The notes beneath the pieces are model-generated. The model did not search any database and was not told where the DNA came from. It saw only the letters and a program-made list of their open reading frames with translations. A stretch of DNA of 25,119 nt. Origin: Pirellulales bacterium. Lineage in GTDB: Bacteria; Planctomycetota; Planctomycetia; Pirellulales; JAICIG01. Within the stretch, counting starts at the first letter, position 1, and each line of letters starts with the position of its first letter. The position numbers were made by a program, and so were the translations under genes. The stretch spans positions 1-25,119 of the forward strand of contig JBBDYJ010000031.1 of assembly GCA_040901675.1 (NCBI GenBank), read 5' to 3'. Of the stretch, positions 16,601 to 25,119 are shown in pieces.

Positions 16601-19600
16601 TCACTCATCGCTTTGCTGTGAGCTGACGGCGGGGGCGAAACCGCGCCGCAAGGTGTTCTCCGTAATCGTCCGCGGGATCATGAACTGCAGCAGGTAGTCG
16701 TGCCCGCCGGCCTGGCTGCCGATGCCCGACATCTTGAAGCCGCCGAACGGCTGCCGGCCGACCAGGGCGCCGGTAATGCCCCGGTTCAGGTAGAGGTTGC
16801 CGACCAGCAGTTCCCGCCGCGCCCGCTCCAGATTGGCTGGGCTGCGTGAAAAGATGCCGCCCGTCAGCGCGTAGTCGGTGCCGTTGAACACGCGGATCGC
16901 CTCGTCGAGATCGGCCACCCGAATCACTGCCAGCACCGGCCCGAACACTTCCTCCTGGGCCAGGCGGGCCGCCGGCGGCACGTCGGCGAAGATGTGCGGC
17001 CCGACAAAGAACCCTTGCTCGGCCAGCGGCCCGACGTCGACCGAGAGCACCTCGCGCCCTTCGCGCCGGGCCAGTTCGATGTAGCGCAGCACCCGTTCGC
17101 GCGCCTCGGCGTCGATCAGCGGGCCCACGCTGGTGGCCGGATCCTCCGCCGGCCCCACTTGCAGGCTGCGCGTCGCCTCGACCAGCCGCTCCAAAAACGG
17201 CTGATACACTCGCTCCAGAACGATGGCCCGCGAGCAGGCCGAGCACTTCTGACCCTGGTAGCCGAAGGCGCTCTTGACCACGGCCAGCACCGCCTCGTCC
17301 AGGTCGGCGTCCTCGTCGATGATGATGGCGTTCTTTCCTCCCATCTCGGCGATGACCCGTTTGACGCAGCCGATGCCGGAGGCCGAAACCTCGGCTGCCC
17401 GCCGATTGATCAACAGGCCGACTTCGCGCGAGCCGGTAAAGGCGATCACCGCCGTGTCGGGATGCTCGACCAGCGCCGCCCCGGCCACCTCGCCGATTCC
17501 CGGCAGGTAATTCAACACGCCGGGCGGCAGATCGAGCCCGGCAAAAACCTCCATCAGTTTGGCGGCCATCACGGGCGCTTGTTCGGACGGCTTCATCACC
17601 ACCGTGTTGCCGGTCACCAGCCCCGCCACGGTCATGCCCGTCAGGATGGCCAGCGGAAAATTCCAGGGCGGGATCACAGCCACCACGCCGCGGGGGAAGT
17701 AGCTGAAGCGGTTCTCCTCGCCCGGCACGTCGAGGCCCCGCGGCGACTGGAGCACGAGCGCGTCGCGGACGTAAAACTCGCAGAAGTCGATCGCCTCGCA
17801 AACGTCGGCGTCCGATTCGCGCCATCCCTTGCCGCACTCGTACACCTCCCAAGCAGCCAGCTCGAACCGGCGGCGGCGCATTTCCTCGGCGGCCCGCAGC
17901 AGAAACTCGGCGCGGACCTCGACTCCCAACGCGCTCCAGCCGGGAAACGCCTCGCGTGCCGCGGCCACCGCCTGGGCGGCCTGCTCGGCACTGGCGGCGG
18001 CGGCGGTTCCGACAAGTTGCTCGCGGCGCGACGGGTCGAGCGACTCGATCCGCCCGCCCGATTCGACCGCTTGTCCGTCAATCCAGAGAGCATGGTGGCC
18101 TCCCAACCGGCTTTTGACCTCGGCGAGCGCCTCGCGCATCAGGCGGCGGTCGTCCTGGCGCGCAAAGTCGGCCGGCGGCTCATTGCGAAACACGGGCAAG
18201 CCGTGTGCCGCGGGTTCCTGGTCCGCGGCCGTGGCGCCCGCCTCGCGCGAACCTGGTCGGCCGTTGCCCGGCACAAGCTGGGGATTCATCAAAAGTTCCT
18301 CCGTTGAGGCGTGTTCCGAAAAACTGGCCCTTAAGAACGAATCGTTCGAAGTGTTTTCCAGCAGGCGGCGGACCAGGTAAGCCATGCCGGGGATCAGCTC
18401 GCCATAGGGCATGTACACCCGCATGCGGTAGCCCATATCGACCAGCACGTCTTTCTCCTGGTCCGCCATGCCGTACAGCATTTGCAACTCGAAGGACGAG
18501 CTGGGGATCCCCAGGTGCCGCGCGACGGCGATGCCATGCGCCAGCGAGCGGACGTTGTGGCTGCCCAGGGCGGGCCGCAGCAGCTCGTGGTGCCGCATCA
18601 CGAACCGCGTGGCGCGTTCGAAGCTCGCGTCCGACTGCCATTTCTCTTCGAACACCGGAACCGGCCAGCCCAGGGCGTGGGCGTGTACCGTCTCGTAATC
18701 CCAGTAGGCCCCTTTGACCAGCCGCACCCACACGCTCGTGCCGCGCCTTTCGACCCAGTCGCGCAGGGCCGCCAGGTCGGCCTGGCAATCCTTCAAGTAG
18801 CACTGGATCACGATGCCCACGTCGGCCCAGTCTCGGAACTCCTGCTCCATCAGGATTTCTTGGAAGATGGCCAACGTCAGGTCCTTGGTCTGGTACGACT
18901 CCATGTCGACGTGCACGTGCGCGCGGTGGCTTCGCGCCATCCGCAGCAGCGTCCGCAGCCGCGCGCCCACCCGGCGGCTCGTTCCCTCCGGGTCGATCGG
19001 GTCGAACTGGCTGTCCAGGGCCGACAGCTTGACCGACACGTTCACCCGCGGCAGTTGGGTCAGGCCGCAGCGGTCGATCTGGGCCACCTCGGGCCAGCGA
19101 TTCACCGTGGGGGCGATCCCCTCGATGAGGTTCAGGTACGATTGCAGGTAACGGTCGGCCTCCAGGTTGCTGGCGACCGCTTCACCCAGGATATCGAGCG
19201 TGAAGGCCCGCCGCGCTTTGCGCTCGCGCATGGCGGCGGCCAGCACTTCGGCCGTGTTCGTGCCGGCGATGAATCGCCGGGCCTGGCCCAGCGCGTTGCG
19301 CCGCGCCGCCAGCGCCAGTGCCCGGCCGGCGATCGAGTCGGGCCTGGCCGCCGCCAGCCCCAGCCGCACCGCCCGCGGCAGCCGCGCCTCGACGTCGTGA
19401 AAGTACTCCTGCAGGTGCCTGGTGACCGAGGCGCTGGTGCCGAGCATCGGCAGCACGTCGATGAAGCGGAACATCTGCACCTTGACCGATTCATCCTGCA
19501 TCGCCCAGGCCATGATCCGGTCGTCCCACCAGCGCCGCGCCAACAGGCCTGGCCGCCGCTCGCCCAGCCGATCGAAGATTTGGCGGCCCACCTGGACGGT

Positions 19601-19648
19601 AGTCGCTTCGATCTTTTCGAGTTCGCTGGGATTGAAGTCGTTCCACAT
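16601..19648 (-). CDS. putA: Bifunctional proline dehydrogenase / L-glutamate gamma-semialdehyde dehydrogenase (1015 aa; start moved to ATG 19648)
   Basis: PRODH motifs DILGE, SVKLS, RLVKGAYWDYE, YLVRRLLEN; ALDH motifs PWNFP, FTGS, AEMGGKN, GQKCSAC, EEVFGP; no N-terminal RHH domain visible. Confidence 0.96.
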   Translation of the reverse strand: MWNDFNPSELEKIEATTVQVGRQIFDRLGERRPGLLARRWWDDRIMAWAMQDESVKVQMFRFIDVLPMLGTSASVTRHLQEYFHDVEARLPRAVRLGLAAARPDSIAGRALALAARRNALGQARRFIAGTNTAEVLAAAMRERKARRAFTLDILGEAVASNLEADRYLQSYLNLIEGIAPTVNRWPEVAQIDRCGLTQLPRVNVSVKLSALDSQFDPIDPEGTSRRVGARLRTLLRMARSHRAHVHVDMESYQTKDLTLAIFQEILMEQEFRDWADVGIVIQCYLKDCQADLAALRDWVERRGTSVWVRLVKGAYWDYETVHAHALGWPVPVFEEKWQSDASFERATRFVMRHHELLRPALGSHNVRSLAHGIAVARHLGIPSSSFELQMLYGMADQEKDVLVDMGYRMRVYMPYGELIPGMAYLVRRLLENTSNDSFLRASFSEHASTEELLMNPQLVPGNGRPGSREAGATAADQEPAAHGLPVFRNEPPADFARQDDRRLMREALAEVKSRLGGHHALWIDGQAVESGGRIESLDPSRREQLVGTAAAASAEQAAQAVAAAREAFPGWSALGVEVRAEFLLRAAEEMRRRRFELAAWEVYECGKGWRESDADVCEAIDFCEFYVRDALVLQSPRGLDVPGEENRFSYFPRGVVAVIPPWNFPLAILTGMTVAGLVTGNTVVMKPSEQAPVMAAKLMEVFAGLDLPPGVLNYLPGIGEVAGAALVEHPDTAVIAFTGSREVGLLINRRAAEVSASGIGCVKRVIAEMGGKNAIIIDEDADLDEAVLAVVKSAFGYQGQKCSACSRAIVLERVYQPFLERLVEATRSLQVGPAEDPATSVGPLIDAEARERVLRYIELARREGREVLSVDVGPLAEQGFFVGPHIFADVPPAARLAQEEVFGPVLAVIRVADLDEAIRVFNGTDYALTGGIFSRSPANLERARRELLVGNLYLNRGITGALVGRQPFGGFKMSGIGSQAGGHDYLLQFMIPRTITENTLRRGFAPAVSSQQSDE

Positions 19649-19729
19649 GCTCGATCCAGTCACGGCCGGCTTCCCGGAGTCCAACCCAATTGGAATCGTA
19701 GGCCCGCCCCGGGTCGCGTCAAGCACGCG

Positions 19730-19757
19730 GTTCGTAGCGACCCGATTCATGGGGTCC
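19730..19757 (+). repeat. GTAG-tagged REP-like element, family B
   Basis: GTTCGTAGCGACCCGATTCATGGGGTCC, 25/28 identical to the minus-strand copy at 4471-4498. Confidence 0.8.
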
Positions 19758-19922
19758 AAAGCAGCCCTCACGCTCCGAGGCGATTCTTGCTTTTTCGATT
19801 GACTCGGGAGTTCTCGCGATAGATCCTTACCTCTGGCCGCGTGCTCGTCCGATCCCTCACACCGCGGAAACAGACTGTCCTTTGAACCGAAAAAACCAGA
19901 ACCCAACATCCAAGATCTATCC

Positions 19923-20750
19923 ATGAAGCTTCACCGGTTAGGGCTGACCTCGACCTTTGCCGCATTGGTTTCCATATCGGCCGCCCGCGCCGACGAGCCG
20001 AAAGCGGGCGAGGCGATCACGCCGACGGGCGAGGTGATCGAGCTGTTCAACGGCAAGGATCTGGACGGCTGGTATACCTGGCTCAAGGACACCCGCTACG
20101 AAGACCCGCGGCAGGTGTTCACCGTGCACGATGGGCTGTTGCACGTCTCCGGCGACGGCTTCGGTTACGTCTGCACGAAACAGGAATATCGGGATTACCA
20201 CCTCGTCGCCGAGTTCAAGTGGGGCAAGCGGACCTGGCCGCCGCGCAAGGAAAACACCATGGACTCCGGCATCCTCCTGCACTGCGTGGGGCCTGACGGC
20301 AACAGCGGCGCCTGGATGGCGTCGATCGAGTTTCAGCTCATCGAGGGCGGCGTCGGCGACTTCATCGTCGTGTCGGGCACCTATGCCGACGGTTCCAGCG
20401 TGCCGGTCTCGCTGACCTGCGAGGTGACGGAGGACCGCGACGGCGAACCGGTCTGGCACAAGGGCGGCGCGCGGCGGACCTTCAACGGCGGCCGGATCAA
20501 CTGGTTCGGCCGCGACCCGGATTGGAAGGACGTGCTCGGTTTCCGCGGTGCCCGCGACGTCGAACGCCCCAGCGGCGAGTGGAACCGCCTCGAGGCCATC
20601 GCCCGCGGCGGCCGCATCACCAACATCGTCAACGGCGTGGTGGTCAACGACGGTTCCGACGCCTTTCCCGCCGCCGGCAAGATCCTGTTACAGACCGAGG
20701 GCGCCGAAATTTTCTTCCGCAAGGTCGAGCTGCGCCCGCTGAGAGAGTAG
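19923..20750 (+). CDS. Secreted DUF1080 / 3-keto-disaccharide hydrolase family protein (275 aa)
   Basis: Signal peptide ending ARA; LFNGKDLDGW, EFKWG, DSGI, IEFQL, GEWN, GKILLQTEG, IFFRKVELRPL. Confidence 0.9.
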   Translation: MKLHRLGLTSTFAALVSISAARADEPKAGEAITPTGEVIELFNGKDLDGWYTWLKDTRYEDPRQVFTVHDGLLHVSGDGFGYVCTKQEYRDYHLVAEFKWGKRTWPPRKENTMDSGILLHCVGPDGNSGAWMASIEFQLIEGGVGDFIVVSGTYADGSSVPVSLTCEVTEDRDGEPVWHKGGARRTFNGGRINWFGRDPDWKDVLGFRGARDVERPSGEWNRLEAIARGGRITNIVNGVVVNDGSDAFPAAGKILLQTEGAEIFFRKVELRPLRE

Positions 20751-20796
20751 CCGTCACGCTCCGCGTGACGAGGCTTCCTCACGCGGAGCGTCAGGG

Positions 20797-20800
<4 letters not shown>
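20747..20800. repeat. Inverted doublet of GTAG-tagged hairpins (family D) between convergent genes
   Basis: GTAGC-CGTCACGC-TCC-GCGTGACG (20747-20770, +) and GTAGC-CCTGACGC-TCC-GCGTGAGG (20777-20800, -). Confidence 0.88.
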
Positions 20801-22563
<1,763 letters not shown>

Positions 22564-22728
22564 AGGTGCCGAGTCCACTGAGTGCCTGAGCCATTGCCAA
22601 CGGTCCCGCGGCGATTCAATGAATTCACGGGGCATCCCCGTGCGGACCTTATACGCCGAGCGGGCCGAACCAGCGCAACACCAAAGAATACGTTTTTTGC
22701 ACGACCCCTGCCGGGTTGAAACCAGGCC

Positions 22729-22759
22729 GCATAAGTCTCTGCACACCAGCCACTTATGC
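22729..22759. promoter_or_regulatory. Inverted repeat in the divergent kinase/eutBC gap
   Basis: GCATAAGT-N15-ACTTATGC. Confidence 0.45.
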
Positions 22760-22878
22760 ACAGGAATCAGTGAAAGGTGAAAGCCAGGAAACAGCCGGCG
22801 CCGGCCTTATGGAGAATATCGCCTGTCGTCTTCCCTTCCACTGGCCCACTCGCCACCGCCCACTTGTGACTTGCTAAA

Positions 22879-25083
22879 ATGCGCGCCATGACTCCGCTCA
22901 CGCCCCTGGACGAAATCGCCATCCCTGCTCCACCTCCGGACGAGCTCTACACGACCAGCCTGTTCGACCGCGAGTTCACGTTCAGGGGTCTCAAGCGGCT
23001 GCTGGGGGCAGCCGATTTCAGCAAGGCCGGCGATCGCGGGGCGGGATTGGCCGCCGCGGACGACGTCCAGCGCGAGGCGGCCCGCTCGATCCTTTCGTCG
23101 CTCACGCTGGAGCATCTCTGGCAACACCCGCTCACCGACGACAACGGGCGCGTCGACTCCGTGATGCGCGTCAACTACGACATCGATGCCGAGCGCTTCA
23201 AGTCGCTGGCACACCTGACGCTCGGCCAGCTCAAAGACATACTGCTGGAAGGGCCGGCGGATGAAGTCGCCCAGATCGGACGCGCCCTCACCGGGGTCAT
23301 GGCCGCCGCCGTCGCCAAGCTGATGGACACGCACGAGCTGGTGCTGGCGGCCCGCAAGATCAACCGGCCCAGCAAGGCCCGCACGCAACTCGGTTTGCCG
23401 GGCACGCTGTCGTCGCGGCTGCAGCCCAACCACCCGGTCGACGACCTGCGCGGGCTGACGCTGCTGGTCTACGCCGGCTTTTCCCTGGCGGCCGGCGATG
23501 CGCTGATCGGCGTCAACCCGGCCGTCGATACCGTCGAGAACGTGTCGGCCATCCTCCGGCACATGGACATGGTCCGCCGCCAGGCCGGCGCTCCCACGCA
23601 GATCTGCGTGCTGGCCCACCTCCGCACCCAGATGGTCTGCCTCCAGCAAGGGGCGCCGGTCGAGATTATGTTCCAAAGTTTGGCCGGCACCGAACAGACC
23701 AATCTCACGGAGTTCGATATCTCGGTCGAGCTGCTGGACCAGGCCTGGGAGCTGATGCGCACCCAGGGGCCGCTGGCCGGCCTGGCCGAGAACTTCATGT
23801 ATTTCGAAACCGGCCAGGGAAGCGAGTACACCTACGGCAAGCACAACGGCATCGACATGACCACCACCGAAGCCTTGTGCTATGGCCTGGCCCGCCGTTA
23901 CCGGCCCTTCATGGTCAACAACGTCACTGGCTTCATCGGGCCGGAGACCCACCTGGACAACTTCGAGATGATCATCTCGAACCTGCAGGACCACTTCATG
24001 GGCAAGCTGCTCGGCCTGCCGATGGGAATGGCCCCCTGCTACACGCTGCACTCGCGGATCACGCTCGAAGGCCAGCAGATGGCCACCCAACTGCTCGCCT
24101 CGGCCGGCGCCAACTACTACATGGACGTGTATCTCAACAACGACCGCATGCTGGCCTATTTCGATACCAGCGGCCACGACAACCAGACGCTCCGCGAGCT
24201 TCATGGCCGCACGCCCACGCCCGAATTCCTCGATTGGGCCATCGCCCGCGGCATCTTCGAACAGGTCGATGGCCGGGTGGCGCGCGGGCCGAACTGGGGC
24301 AACGCGCGGATGTTCTGCGGCTCGCACGCCGAATTCGACGAGCTGTGCCGGGCCACGCCGGCCTTGTACGGCTTCGAGAACGCCGGCCCCCGCCCCGCCA
24401 ACTCCGTCAGCCGCCTGCTGCAGGCCAACCAGGCCCTGGCCCGCGACGCGATCCAGAGCGAGCTCGACATCGACTGGTGCCGGCAATTCGCCGACTTCCG
24501 CCTGCTGCGGACCACCGCCCCGAACAAGGAAGCGCATCTGAACGCGCCGAACCTGGGAGCCCGCCTTTCGGACGAGAGCAGCCGGCAGCTTGCCGCGGAG
24601 AACAACGACGTGCAGATCGTGGTGGCCGACGGGCTCAGTGCCGAGGCCGTGCACGCCAACCTGGCCGACTTGCTGGAGGTCTTGACCGACGGGCTGGCCA
24701 GCCGCGACTTGGAGCTGGGCCGGCCCATCGTTTGCCGTTATGCCCGCGTCAAGCTGGCCGAGCATCTCGCCGCCGTCCTCGGCACGCGGCTGACGATCCT
24801 TTTGATCGGCGAGCGGCCGGGCGGCGACGCCCTGGCTTCGCGCAGCCTGTCGGCCTACCTGGTCTACCAGCTCACCGACCCCGCCGTGCAGGCCGAGGCC
24901 GCCCGCGCCGGCGGCAACCCGGCCATCCGCTTCGAGTACAGCGTGATCTCGAACATCTATCAAGGCGGCCTGCCCCCCTTGGAAGCCGGCAGCGTGATCG
25001 CCGAGCGTGCCTGGCAGATCCTCTCCTACCGCGCCGCCGGCAACCGGTTGGAACGAAAGCTGAAACCCAAGGCAGAAGGATGA
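22879..25083 (+). CDS. eutB: Ethanolamine ammonia-lyase, fused large and small subunits (EutB-EutC, ~734 aa; start 22879 or 22888)
   Basis: EutB motifs SRLQPNHP.DD, IGVNPA, VLAH, FQSLAGT, YFETGQGS, GFIGPE, DHFMGKLLG; EutC motifs from ~24340: AGPRP, DVQIVVADGLS, RYARV, LLIGERPG, SLSAY, ISNI..GG.PP.EA; no internal stop. Confidence 0.92.
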   Translation: MRAMTPLTPLDEIAIPAPPPDELYTTSLFDREFTFRGLKRLLGAADFSKAGDRGAGLAAADDVQREAARSILSSLTLEHLWQHPLTDDNGRVDSVMRVNYDIDAERFKSLAHLTLGQLKDILLEGPADEVAQIGRALTGVMAAAVAKLMDTHELVLAARKINRPSKARTQLGLPGTLSSRLQPNHPVDDLRGLTLLVYAGFSLAAGDALIGVNPAVDTVENVSAILRHMDMVRRQAGAPTQICVLAHLRTQMVCLQQGAPVEIMFQSLAGTEQTNLTEFDISVELLDQAWELMRTQGPLAGLAENFMYFETGQGSEYTYGKHNGIDMTTTEALCYGLARRYRPFMVNNVTGFIGPETHLDNFEMIISNLQDHFMGKLLGLPMGMAPCYTLHSRITLEGQQMATQLLASAGANYYMDVYLNNDRMLAYFDTSGHDNQTLRELHGRTPTPEFLDWAIARGIFEQVDGRVARGPNWGNARMFCGSHAEFDELCRATPALYGFENAGPRPANSVSRLLQANQALARDAIQSELDIDWCRQFADFRLLRTTAPNKEAHLNAPNLGARLSDESSRQLAAENNDVQIVVADGLSAEAVHANLADLLEVLTDGLASRDLELGRPIVCRYARVKLAEHLAAVLGTRLTILLIGERPGGDALASRSLSAYLVYQLTDPAVQAEAARAGGNPAIRFEYSVISNIYQGGLPPLEAGSVIAERAWQILSYRAAGNRLERKLKPKAEG

Positions 25084-25107
25084 AGGAGTTCGGGCAGGCG
25101 CAAACCA

Positions 25108-25119
25108 GTAGCCGGACTC
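25108..25119 (+). repeat. Family A GTAG REP-like element, cut by the window edge
   Basis: GTAGCCGGACTC matches the left arm of family A. Confidence 0.55.

Noticed and set aside
19649..19924. 92-aa N-terminal extension of PutA as a possible DNA-binding domain
   Set aside because: It crosses a REP element, would overlap the divergent gene's start, and does not resemble an RHH domain.
22760..22878. Cobalamin riboswitch upstream of the B12-dependent eutBC
   Set aside because: No recognisable B12-box or conserved GGGAA/GCCACTG core by eye; an Rfam scan would settle it.

Overview
GC-rich bacterial chromosomal window whose gene content and repeat style suggest a planctomycete (inference). Genes in order: small 2-TM protein (-), thrS (-), tRNA-Val(GAC) (+), a translationally coupled trio of MenA1/Rv0078B-like antitoxin, internally deleted MenT-like nucleotidyltransferase remnant and dual-specificity phosphatase (+), then plsC, cmk and a GH38-fold protein (-), a pilM-pilN fusion with two Gly/Met-repeat membrane proteins and dapL (+), putA (-), a DUF1080 protein (+), a hybrid sensor kinase (-) and a single-chain EutB-EutC fusion (+). 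Most intergenic spaces hold GTAG-tagged REP-like hairpins of several families or 7-9 nt tandem repeats. At two convergent gene pairs, a REP doublet fills the whole gap and its GTAG tags contain the TAG stops of both genes. No CRISPR array, integrase or transposase was seen. All family calls come from motif recognition by eye, not database searches.
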